IMG/VR virus record: IMGVR_UViG_3300047546_001348
Span: 1-24,605 of that record
Length of the DNA stretch: 24,605 nt
DNA from: a virus
Taxonomy: Duplodnaviria > Caudoviricetes
Direction: 5' to 3' (one strand)
Below are positions 16,559-24,605 of the stretch, one piece after another; positions within the stretch are counted from its first letter, which is position 1, and each line of letters starts with the position of its first letter. Made by a program: the position numbers and the translations under genes. The notes beneath the pieces are model-generated. The model saw nothing but the letters and a program-made list of their open reading frames with translations. It had not been told where the DNA came from and made no database searches.

Positions 16559-17180
16559 TTTCCAACATAACAATTCCGCCTGCATCTGTTACAGATAAAA
16601 CACCAACTGTAATATTTCCAGATTCGTCAACATCGGAACCTTTAACTGTAATAGTGTCGCCTTCAGCATACTTAGATCCAGCAGTTGTAGCAGCTACTTG
16701 AAGGCCTAACGCAGATTTTCTAAATTTTAATTTTGCACCAGTTCCAGAGCCTGATGTTGTTCCTGTTATATCGTCGTAGAATGTTGCTAGACTACCATCG
16801 CTATTTAAATGCTGTACTGGAGTTTTGGGATCAGTTGGTTTAGGTATCGCAAGTTTAACAGATTCTATAGCTTTAAACCAAGCACCAGATGTTGAGATAG
16901 TACCTGTATCACGTATTTCTTTAAACAACAAATCAAGTTGATCGCCAACACCTGGGTAAGCTCTCATCCTTTGCATAGAAAACGGTTCGACCGGATTGCC
17001 AAATTCGTCTTTTGTATGTGCATGTGGATCTTCAAATGTTAAATTATCAGGGTCATATATGTAATATGTACCACAATCATCAGGACAATCTACCCAATAA
17101 AGAGATCCGTGAACTTCAAAATCTTCGTCTGCGATTTGAACGACTCTGTTATTGTTGCTGTCAATAAGTGCTCTTTTCAT
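16551..17180 (-). CDS. Putative tail-fibre assembly/chaperone-like virion protein
   Basis: F.VH..L.WVDC.D and R.RAYP..GDQLD.L...W..AI..VK..IPKP motifs, which I associate with proteins downstream of phage fibre genes. C-terminal GSGTGA..GS.Y..GDTITV module; SD AGGA upstream. Confidence 0.55.
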   Translation of the reverse strand: MKRALIDSNNNRVVQIADEDFEVHGSLYWVDCPDDCGTYYIYDPDNLTFEDPHAHTKDEFGNPVEPFSMQRMRAYPGVGDQLDLLFKEIRDTGTISTSGAWFKAIESVKLAIPKPTDPKTPVQHLNSDGSLATFYDDITGTTSGSGTGAKLKFRKSALGLQVAATTAGSKYAEGDTITVKGSDVDESGNITVGVLSVTDAGGIVMLEIK

Positions 17181-17193
17181 TTTTAATTCCTAA

Positions 17194-18150
17194 TTAAATA
17201 TACTCGTAAACAATTACGGCGCCATCTCGGCCAGTACGTCCGCCTTGGCCGTTGTGACCTGGACTGATTGCAATTCCGCCAGTGCCCGGTGCTGCGACTT
17301 GTGATATTGTCCAATCAGGTCTGTCGCCTGCCATTGAACCACCAAAATAACTTGCGCCGCCTTGGCCTTGGCAGGCGTTTGAAGGACTGTATTGATCGTT
17401 ATTACTATGGCTAGATCCCATACCACCGTATGAATTTATATTTCCGCCAGATCCTATACCCCCATGTCCACCACTGTGTTGTTCGTTTTGATTTGCACCA
17501 TAACCGCCGGTAGCACTGACGTATGCACCAAAACTACTTGTTCCGCCTTGTCCGCTTATGCCAAAATAAACGCCGCCGCCAGAACCACCGCCTACTGTAA
17601 CAGTAACGGTTGTTATACTTGTTGCATCTATTAATTTTTCTCCAAAGCCCCCAGCGCCTCCACATTCTGAATATGCTCTTGCGCCGCCGCCTCCACCAAC
17701 ACACAGTACATGTAGAGATTTTACATCAGGTCCTGATTTTACGTAAGTGTATGTTCCAGATCCAGTGTATGTATAACAGTTTTTTAGTCGTCCTCTTAGT
17801 TTATTGGCTTCGTTATAAACACCGGCACCTTGCATTGGATTAGTTGTACTTGTACTAGTATTAGTTGCGGTTAGTGCTGTCATACTAGTTCCGCCAAGTG
17901 TAACAGTACCTAATGTTGCTGTTGTTGCTGTTGATGTTCCTAAATCACTAACTGAAACTGTTCCGCCTGAAATATTTACGGCATTTGATTCTTGGTTAGC
18001 GATGCTTCCAACAATTTTGACAGGTGTGCCAGATGCATTGCCAACCCACATTTTTTGGTCTGCAATATTAACTGCAATTTCTCCTTGTGCTAGTGAACTA
18101 GGTACTGCACCTGGAGTTGAACTTCTTTTAAATTTCCATGTTATAGGCAT
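17194..18150 (-). CDS. Gly-rich tail fibre-like protein, paralog C
   Basis: N-terminal KRSSTPGAVPSSLAQGEIAVNIADQKMWVG fibre-attachment-type motif. C-terminal Gly-rich domain (VGGGGG..GGAGG..VTVGGG..G.VIVYEY). Confidence 0.75.
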   Translation of the reverse strand: MPITWKFKRSSTPGAVPSSLAQGEIAVNIADQKMWVGNASGTPVKIVGSIANQESNAVNISGGTVSVSDLGTSTATTATLGTVTLGGTSMTALTATNTSTSTTNPMQGAGVYNEANKLRGRLKNCYTYTGSGTYTYVKSGPDVKSLHVLCVGGGGGARAYSECGGAGGFGEKLIDATSITTVTVTVGGGSGGGVYFGISGQGGTSSFGAYVSATGGYGANQNEQHSGGHGGIGSGGNINSYGGMGSSHSNNDQYSPSNACQGQGGASYFGGSMAGDRPDWTISQVAAPGTGGIAISPGHNGQGGRTGRDGAVIVYEYI

Positions 18151-18181
18151 ATTATTTGTACTCGTAAACTACGCAAATTCC
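18146..18181. repeat. 36-bp perfect direct repeat, copy 1 (paralog B/C junction)
   Basis: GGCATATTATTTGTACTCGTAAACTACGCAAATTCC, identical to 19656-19691. Confidence 0.93.
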
Positions 18182-19660
18182 TGTAAGGCCGGTTCCGCCA
18201 TTATGATTTCCTGCGCCGCCAAATGCGCCGCCACCTGGTGCTCCAATATCGCTAAAGCTGTTTCCGCCATGACGTCCGGGACTACCACCACCAAAGAATG
18301 TTCCGCCGCCTTGTCCCGCTTCACCACCTTGCTGGTTATTGTGTCCTGGTGCGTGACCACCACCACCGCCACCATAAAAGTTGATGTTACCCCCAGAACC
18401 TACACCACCATGTCCGCCGGCGTGACTACGATTTTGGTTTGCTCCGTAACCGCCAGTGGCACTTACAAATGATCCAAAACTAGTTGTATTTCCTTGGCCG
18501 CTGAATCCAAAGTAATAACCGCCACCTGATCCGGTTCCAACGGTTACAGATACTGTGGACACGCCATCTGCTTGTATTAAGCGTTCAGCATAGCCGCCGC
18601 CACCACCCGATTCGTGGTAACCGCGACCGCCGCCACCAGCTCCAACTACAATAACTTTTAACATCTTTACATCACTACCAGATTTAGTGTATGTTCCATT
18701 ACCTGTAAATGTATAGATATTTTTTAATGTTGTTGCATAGTTACCATCAATAAACGCTTTAACAGCTGCTTGTGTCGGTAATGTTGTTGAATCGTTAGTG
18801 ACGCTGGTTGGAACACTGGCTACAGCGTTTGTATTTCCGCCTCTAATCCATACTCTAACATGACTAATATATCCCGCTTCGTCTGTTGCAACCTGATCAG
18901 CTGCAATATAATGTTTAGCTATGAAAGACGAACTAGTATGACTATACCAGCCTGTGTTAACTATAGCATAACCGTTACCGCCCCCAGAGTTGGAGTCTGT
19001 TTGTTGATAACCGCTGTTATAATAATAGCCTCCCCAAGGACTATAACTATAAAACTGATTAGCTCTCCAATTAAAAGTTGAGGAATTATATGTACTAAGG
19101 TTATATGGTCTAGTATTCCATCCTTTGTACCATTGGGCTTGGAGTACGTCAGCATTTGCGCTGTTTGAGGTGTTTAAGGTCCAATATCCTTCACTATCCA
19201 ACGAATCTACCATGTGAAAATAGCATTCGTACATGATTTCTGTATGACTTGGAAGACCACTTAACGACAGTTGATATGTACTTGCAGAACCTCTCCAACC
19301 GTGTGCAGTACCAGATCCTAAATCTGCCCACTGCGTCATATTGGTTGTATCTGTATAATTCCAGTTGGCAGTAAAAGCTGCTGCATTTAGTCCTTCGTCA
19401 TAGTATAGTCGTTCGCCGCTATTCCACGTTAAGTTTGTAAATTTGGCGTTTGTTGTAGTAATCGTTGGAACGTTAACTGTTCCGCCTGTAATTGCTACAG
19501 CATTGCTAGTCTGACTGGCTACGCTTCCTACTAGTTTTGTAGTGCCAGCAGAAGAATTACCAATGAACACTTGTCCATTAGTTGTATTATGTCTGATTTC
19601 ACCTTCTGTTTGTGTTCCCGAAGGTGTTGCTGTTCCTGTTTTAACTTTAATTACTGGCAT
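18152..19660 (-). CDS. Gly-rich tail fibre-like protein, paralog B, with ~190 aa inserted domain
   Basis: Same N-terminal (GEI..N...vfiG; Q.SNAV.ITGGT) and C-terminal Gly-rich domains as its neighbours, plus an aromatic-rich central insert. Confidence 0.75.
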   Translation of the reverse strand: MPVIKVKTGTATPSGTQTEGEIRHNTTNGQVFIGNSSAGTTKLVGSVASQTSNAVAITGGTVNVPTITTTNAKFTNLTWNSGERLYYDEGLNAAAFTANWNYTDTTNMTQWADLGSGTAHGWRGSASTYQLSLSGLPSHTEIMYECYFHMVDSLDSEGYWTLNTSNSANADVLQAQWYKGWNTRPYNLSTYNSSTFNWRANQFYSYSPWGGYYYNSGYQQTDSNSGGGNGYAIVNTGWYSHTSSSFIAKHYIAADQVATDEAGYISHVRVWIRGGNTNAVASVPTSVTNDSTTLPTQAAVKAFIDGNYATTLKNIYTFTGNGTYTKSGSDVKMLKVIVVGAGGGGRGYHESGGGGGYAERLIQADGVSTVSVTVGTGSGGGYYFGFSGQGNTTSFGSFVSATGGYGANQNRSHAGGHGGVGSGGNINFYGGGGGGHAPGHNNQQGGEAGQGGGTFFGGGSPGRHGGNSFSDIGAPGGGAFGGAGNHNGGTGLTGICVVYEYK

Positions 19661-19691
19661 ATTATTTGTACTCGTAAACTACGCAAATTCC
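19656..19691. repeat. 36-bp perfect direct repeat, copy 2 (paralog A/B junction)
   Basis: Identical to 18146-18181; the copies are 1510 bp apart. Confidence 0.93.
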
Positions 19692-20603
19692 ATACATTCC
19701 ATCGTAACCCGACTGGAAATAACTGTTGTGGCCACCGCCACCTGAACCAAATGCTTGAACGTTTTGTGCATATCTTGACGAATAGTGATGTCCATTATTT
19801 CCACCGCCAAAGAAACTAAACCCGCCGTGGCCAGAACCGTTATGGTATGCCTGACTGTGGTCATTTTTATGTCCTGAGCCGCCGCCACCGTAAATATTCA
19901 TATTTCCACCAGAACCTACGCCACCGTGTCCTCCGCTGTGTTGGTAGTTTTGATTTGCTCCGTAACCGCCGCTTGCTGAACAATATGCACCAAAACTAGT
20001 AGTACCACCTTGACCACTAAATCCAAAATAAACGCCACCGCCTGATCCTGTTCCAACAGTTACACTAACAGTAGTAATACTAGTAGCGTCAATGTTTAGT
20101 TCAGACATTCCACCAGCACCACCAGCTTCGGCATATCCTCTACCACCACCACCAGCACCTATGCAAACTACACGAATTCGTTTTACATCACTACCCGATT
20201 TAGTGTAAGTTCCGTTAGTAGTAAATGTATAAATGTTCTTTAAAGAACCTTGTAAATTATTAATGTAGCCAACTACAGCGTTTTGTGTTGGGATTCTTGA
20301 GTTGCTGTTTGCACTCAAAGTAGTATCATTATCAATTGTAGTTAAAGTTTGCCCTGAGCCTAAACTTAAATTAGTTGTTGAAACTGTTCCGCTGGCGTTT
20401 GATAAAGGAACATTATTAATAGTTCCTCCAGTGATTGCTACGCTATTTGAATCTTGTCTTCCAAACGAGTCAACAATTTTTGTAACGCCACCTTGTCCAA
20501 CAAATAATTTTTGATCGGCAATATTAACCGCTAGTTCGCCGTTAGTTAGAGAACTTGGAACATTACTAGCGGTTGTACTATTTTTAATCTTAATTACAGG
20601 CAT
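19662..20603 (-). CDS. Gly-rich tail fibre-like protein, paralog A
   Basis: PSSLTNGELAVNIADQKLFVG N-terminus, PTQNAV motif, and YTKSGSDVK..GAGGGG..GICVVYEYK C-terminal domain. Confidence 0.75.
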   Translation of the reverse strand: MPVIKIKNSTTASNVPSSLTNGELAVNIADQKLFVGQGGVTKIVDSFGRQDSNSVAITGGTINNVPLSNASGTVSTTNLSLGSGQTLTTIDNDTTLSANSNSRIPTQNAVVGYINNLQGSLKNIYTFTTNGTYTKSGSDVKRIRVVCIGAGGGGRGYAEAGGAGGMSELNIDATSITTVSVTVGTGSGGGVYFGFSGQGGTTSFGAYCSASGGYGANQNYQHSGGHGGVGSGGNMNIYGGGGSGHKNDHSQAYHNGSGHGGFSFFGGGNNGHHYSSRYAQNVQAFGSGGGGHNSYFQSGYDGMYGICVVYEYK

Positions 20604-20607
20604 TTAC

Positions 20608-20629
20608 TCTCCAATTTCTCTTTATTTAT
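20608..20629 (-). promoter_or_regulatory. Candidate late promoter core (ATAAATA) and SD (GGAGA) upstream of the fibre paralogs
   Basis: The minus strand reads TAATAAATAAAGAGAAATTGGAGAGTAAATG. ATAAATA is at 20623-20629 and GGAGA at 20608-20612. Confidence 0.5.
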
Positions 20630-21198
20630 TAGAACGTTCCACCGTCAATTGTTCCATTTCCAGTCAGTGATGTATTCAATGTTACGGTATTAAATGTAGC
20701 ATTCGCCGCTGTAGTTCCACCAATTGTAACGTTGTTCAATGTTCCTGTTGTTGCAGGATTAATTGTTAATGTACCTGTACCAGTAGGACTAATTGTTACG
20801 TTTGCGTTTGCTGGATTAAACTGAACTGAACCGTTAGCAGTAATAGTGCTGCTTGCGGTTAATGTTGTAACAGTTGTAGGACCACCCTCGTTGTTAACAA
20901 TAACATAGTTAGTGCCGTCTGAAGTAAGCGTATACGTTGCGTTAGCTGGTATTGTCTGTGTAGTTGCAGCAGTAAATCCGTTACCAAGAATATTGCCACC
21001 TGGGGTAGATAAGGTTACAGTACCGCCGGTGTTATTAAAAAAGCTCTGCGTAATACCAGTAAACATCTGCGGCATGGCCAAGGTAACTGTGTAAGGTGCA
21101 GTACCTGTTAGCGTTGTCAATAGACCTTGTGTTGGTGTACTGAACGTTGCTGTTCCGCTTGATGTTGCTGCCGTATTAACGGTATTATAACGTGCCAT
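20629..21198 (-). CDS. Thr/Gly-rich virion structural protein
   Basis: T/G/A/N-rich and beta-strand-like, with L.SDGTNY, ISPTGTGT and a terminal IDGGTF. It sits in the structural gene run. Confidence 0.65.
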   Translation of the reverse strand: MARYNTVNTAATSSGTATFSTPTQGLLTTLTGTAPYTVTLAMPQMFTGITQSFFNNTGGTVTLSTPGGNILGNGFTAATTQTIPANATYTLTSDGTNYVIVNNEGGPTTVTTLTASSTITANGSVQFNPANANVTISPTGTGTLTINPATTGTLNNVTIGGTTAANATFNTVTLNTSLTGNGTIDGGTF

Positions 21199-21214
21199 AT
21201 TGCTCTATCCCCTA

Positions 21215-21541
21215 TTATGTTGTTGCTGTTTCAAATCCATAAACAGTTACGTTTACGGCAGAACCTGTGTTTGAGTACGCAACCAAATTTAGACCTGCTT
21301 GTAATACAAGTCCAGTACGTTCAAAAACACCCTTACCAACGATAACTGTATCATACTCTATCCATTCTGCCGAACTTGGCGAAGCACTAGTTGCCATAGC
21401 TAAACGAACTGTTACAGAACTTGTGCCTGTATTAGTGAATGAAACGTTTGCTACTGCATAGTAACCTGTTGGAACTGTATAAACAGTTGTATTTGTTGTT
21501 GCGGCTAGCTGAGCTGCCGCTGCTAATCTTCCTGTTGCCAT
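21215..21541 (-). CDS. Small conserved virion protein (beta-sandwich-like)
   Basis: T.TTVYTVP..N...VRLA..IEYD..ERTGLVL.AG..V.VYG.E pattern, familiar from myovirus tail/baseplate regions. SD GGAGA at 21551-21555. Confidence 0.65.
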   Translation of the reverse strand: MATGRLAAAAQLAATTNTTVYTVPTGYYAVANVSFTNTGTSSVTVRLAMATSASPSSAEWIEYDTVIVGKGVFERTGLVLQAGLNLVAYSNTGSAVNVTVYGFETATT

Positions 21542-21556
21542 GTTATATTTTCTCCA

Positions 21557-24500
21557 TTATCTTTGCATGAAATAAGCTAGGGCGACAGGATCCCCGTCAA
21601 TGCCGCCTTGGAAGTACATCTTAGATCTAACGTTAATTTGAACTCCGCTAGTAGTACTTATAGTATTATTAGCTACGTAGATCACACCCGAAGTCAATGT
21701 ATTTACGTTTAGTGAGCTTTGTCCGCCACCAATCTGGGCTGTAATGTATGATTTAACAGCTTTCTGTGTTGGTAGAATATTATCACTGTTAGCAGTAAAA
21801 TACGGATCAGTTGAGAAGCTAGTAATAACTGCTGATCCAGCTCCAACACTAACAGTACCAAGTTGCAAGGATTGTAGACCTGACAAGTTGAACGCACTAG
21901 CATTTAATGTAGCTGTACCAGTTGCCTGTTGAACCGCAAACAAGTTACCAACGTTAAAGTTACCATCTTGGTCAGTACTTGTAAAGAACACTCGTCCTCC
22001 ATCGGAGAAGAATGCTTGATTACTCTGTATTGAAGTTGACGGATCAACAAACGGATAATTTGTTGAGCTGAAATTACCTGTACCAATATACAAGAAGTCG
22101 TGTCCTGTTAAACGAACCTGACTATACTTGAGTCTTGTTGTAATTACATCGCCGTGATCTGGTGCATTTAGTACACTCAGTGCAGGGTTAATTTGGAAAG
22201 TAGCACTATAGTTACCTGCTGTTCCAAGTTTGTTTGTAACTGCAACAAGTTTAAACCATGTATCTGGAATACTTGCAAATTCAACGTTTGCACCTGCTCT
22301 TGGTGTTTCAAATAATCCGCTTACGTTAATAAAGTTACTTGCCTGATACAAATCACTATAACCGTCACCAGTTACGTTTGCAGTAGCAGTTGTATTTAAG
22401 TTACCACGATTTGTAAATCCTGGGTTAGCCAAGGCGCCGTTTGCCATACGAACTCTTGTTGGTGCTGTACGTGTTTTGTTAGGATCAACTTGAGTTACAA
22501 TTGGGCCTGCTTGGTATGTTCCAGTTAATCCAGTGCCAGTTGTAAGATTTACGGCTGTTCCAGCTGCTGCCAATGTAGCATCTGCTGAAACTTTAAAGGA
22601 TGTATTTGCAACAATGCTACCAGTTGTAACATAGTATGTTTTTCCAGTTGTTAAGCCGTATGAATCAAGGCCTGTAAATTCTACTGGTTGTAGATTTATC
22701 AAGTTAGTTGTATCACTTGTAGTAATAATATTAGTACTTGTTGTTGTGGCTGTAACTGTGCCTGCTGGATATCCTGATCCTGGCTCAATCATACGGATTT
22801 CAGTTACGGTATTTGATGCAACTTTCATACGACCTTGCGCCTGAGCACCTGTTCTAATACTTGCGGCTATTGTACCTGAAGTATTTGAAATTGCAGCAAA
22901 TATTGGTGCATTGCTTGGATTACCAAATGCAACACTATTCCAGTTGCTTGAACTTGGTAATGATTGTGTATTCCATGTTAAACCATCGTAGCTAATAGCA
23001 CAAGTTGTTGTTCCGCTTGCAACTGCTACAAATACGCCTTGGCCGTAAGCAACTTTAGTCCACGTTGCGCTGGCTGGAAGGCCTGCGTTGCTGGCAACCC
23101 ATGTAGTTCCTTTATCAACACTAACAGCCGCTTTGTTACTTCCGCTGGCAATTGCCACAAAACGTCCGTTACCATATGCGATACTAGACCAACTTGCACT
23201 AGAAGGTAAACTTCCTCCTGCTGACCAAGTTGATCCAGATGTTGTAGATACCGCTGTTGCATTATTACCAGTAGAAATTGCAATGAATACGCCGTGACCG
23301 TATGCAATACCTGAATAAGTTCCTGCACCTAGTGTTGGCAATGTCACTGCGTTCCATGTTGTATCTGCATCAACTGAACGTGCTCCAGTTGATGTTCCTC
23401 CTACTGCTACCCAATAACCGCTGGCAAATGCAATCGCTGCATAAGAACCGTTAGGTAAAGAACCTGTCGATGCTGTCCATGCGCTTCCTGCTGCCGCTCC
23501 TGCTACAGTTTGATAAGCAGATTTTGTAGTGCCGCCGCTGGCTGTACTTGGTATAGCAACAAATTTAGCATTTGCATCTAGTATTGTAACAGTTGGTTGG
23601 CTAGTGTAACCTGTGCCACCACTATTTCCAACAGTAATACTCGAAATACCGTTGTTTGTGTTTACAACTGCTGTTCCTGTTGCTTGGTTACTTGAACCGC
23701 CGCCACTAACTGTTACTGTTGGTGCGCTGGTGTAGTTTTTACCATAAGAATTCATTGTAAACGAAGTAATAATATCTGTTCTTACTGTTACTGTTGGTGC
23801 AGTAACGTAGCCAGAACCAGGAATTGAAATTACAACATCTACAATCTCACCATTTAACACTACAGCAGTAGCAGCCGCTAATCCACTACTAAATTTAATT
23901 GTTGGCGGTGTTAGATATCCGTATCCGCCTTTAATAATGTTGATAGCAGTTACCTGGCCGTTAGTTATTGTTGCTGTAAGTTGAGCACCAATTCCTCCTA
24001 ACCCTCCAACAACTGCTGTTGCTGTTGCACCTTCTCCACCACCGTATGCAACAGCTTGCCATGTAGTTGAGCTTGGTAGGTTTCCGCCTGTAGACCAAGT
24101 TGTTCCGTTTGTTGATGTTGCTGTTGATGTTGCTCCAGAAGAAATTGCAATAAATCTTCCAGCAGAGTAAGTAACTTCTTTCCAAGTTGCTGTACTTGGT
24201 AATGTTCTTGCTGTAGCTGTGTATCCTGGTGCAGTATATGTAATTCTAGGTTCAACAATATATGTTGATGTTAAATCTAATGCATCATAGACAGTCTTAC
24301 CTGGAACAAGATGATCCCAACCTGCAGCATATAATGTTACTGTTTGTCCGCTAGTTGTTGATGTAATATCAAATGTTGCACCACCCGAACTTGTGCTAAT
24401 AGTAAATTCAGTTGTACTTACAATAGTTTTGACATAGTATAGTGTGTTTGCACTTGCACCACCGATTGCTGTACCTAGGTAGATTGGCATGTTTGCATAT

Positions 24501-24605
24501 AATGATGCTGTACTTGCCACAGTTAATCTATCAGTAGATAAGTTAGAAGCTGTTACTGTTAAATTAGTAAATGATTCTTTGTAAATCTTAGCTTCTTTGC
24601 TACCG
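21557..24605 (-). CDS. Large tail fibre/baseplate-associated structural protein (5' partial)
   Basis: The frame stays open from 24520 to the window edge (GSKEAKIYKESF...), so the true start lies outside. It contains W..vaYG.G.FVA..S.DG.TW repeats, G.GY..aPTVT repeats and a C-terminal RLTGHDFL.IGTG...GGRVFFTSTDQDGNF.VG region typical of large T4-like virion proteins. Confidence 0.8.
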   Translation of the reverse strand, partial: GSKEAKIYKESFTNLTVTASNLSTDRLTVASTASLYANMPIYLGTAIGGASANTLYYVKTIVSTTEFTISTSSGGATFDITSTTSGQTVTLYAAGWDHLVPGKTVYDALDLTSTYIVEPRITYTAPGYTATARTLPSTATWKEVTYSAGRFIAISSGATSTATSTNGTTWSTGGNLPSSTTWQAVAYGGGEGATATAVVGGLGGIGAQLTATITNGQVTAINIIKGGYGYLTPPTIKFSSGLAAATAVVLNGEIVDVVISIPGSGYVTAPTVTVRTDIITSFTMNSYGKNYTSAPTVTVSGGGSSNQATGTAVVNTNNGISSITVGNSGGTGYTSQPTVTILDANAKFVAIPSTASGGTTKSAYQTVAGAAAGSAWTASTGSLPNGSYAAIAFASGYWVAVGGTSTGARSVDADTTWNAVTLPTLGAGTYSGIAYGHGVFIAISTGNNATAVSTTSGSTWSAGGSLPSSASWSSIAYGNGRFVAIASGSNKAAVSVDKGTTWVASNAGLPASATWTKVAYGQGVFVAVASGTTTCAISYDGLTWNTQSLPSSSNWNSVAFGNPSNAPIFAAISNTSGTIAASIRTGAQAQGRMKVASNTVTEIRMIEPGSGYPAGTVTATTTSTNIITTSDTTNLINLQPVEFTGLDSYGLTTGKTYYVTTGSIVANTSFKVSADATLAAAGTAVNLTTGTGLTGTYQAGPIVTQVDPNKTRTAPTRVRMANGALANPGFTNRGNLNTTATANVTGDGYSDLYQASNFINVSGLFETPRAGANVEFASIPDTWFKLVAVTNKLGTAGNYSATFQINPALSVLNAPDHGDVITTRLKYSQVRLTGHDFLYIGTGNFSSTNYPFVDPSTSIQSNQAFFSDGGRVFFTSTDQDGNFNVGNLFAVQQATGTATLNASAFNLSGLQSLQLGTVSVGAGSAVITSFSTDPYFTANSDNILPTQKAVKSYITAQIGGGQSSLNVNTLTSGVIYVANNTISTTSGVQINVRSKMYFQGGIDGDPVALAYFMQR

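Noticed and set aside
18146-19691. 36-bp repeat as a CRISPR repeat, att site or DGR template/variable repeat
   Set aside because: There are only two copies 1.5 kb apart, both coding. No cas, integrase or reverse transcriptase gene is in the window, and there are no adenine-specific mismatches.
1298-24258. Many short (60-156 aa) alternative-frame and antisense ORFs in the track
   Set aside because: They lie wholly or almost wholly within longer motif-bearing genes and have no recognisable motifs. The similar openings of ORFs 18002 and 19542 just mirror the paralogy and the 36-bp repeat.
1-24605. Stop-codon reassignment (no called gene ends in TAG)
   Set aside because: All genes read full length under the standard code with no internal TAG or TGA. 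TAG rarity is expected in AT-rich phages.
16551-24605. Higher GC in the minus-strand block as evidence of horizontal transfer
   Set aside because: The shift is visible by eye but is adequately explained by Gly/Ala/Thr-rich proteins. It would need a GC3 calculation to test.
1-24605. tRNA, structured ncRNA or intrinsic terminators
   Set aside because: The largest intergenic gap is 42 nt, and I saw no convincing cloverleaf or hairpin followed by a U-tract.

Overview
AT-rich genome segment of a large T4-like (myovirus or jumbo-type) tailed phage, with about 28 tightly packed genes in two convergent blocks. Plus strand (1-16558): the end of an upstream gene, a gp15-like tail completion protein with a long C-terminal extension and a Nudix hydrolase. 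These are followed by an 18-gene enzyme cassette (2001-16558): 10 2OG-Fe(II)/cupin-type oxygenases (6 HxD, 4 HxH), 4 tryptophan-halogenase-family flavoproteins, 2 related CPA-motif proteins that bracket the halogenases, an SGNH-like protein and a small Cys protein. Minus strand (16551-24605): virion genes, namely a large fibre/baseplate-type protein with a 7-repeat propeller (5' end outside the window), two small structural proteins, three paralogous Gly-rich fibre proteins and a fibre-assembly-like protein. The most interesting element is the halogenase/oxygenase cassette, which is embedded among virion genes and apparently co-expressed with them. It is a candidate system for chemically tailoring virion proteins or another substrate; this is inference. 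A perfect 36-bp direct repeat exactly brackets the middle fibre paralog. All family assignments come from motif recognition by eye; no database search was run.
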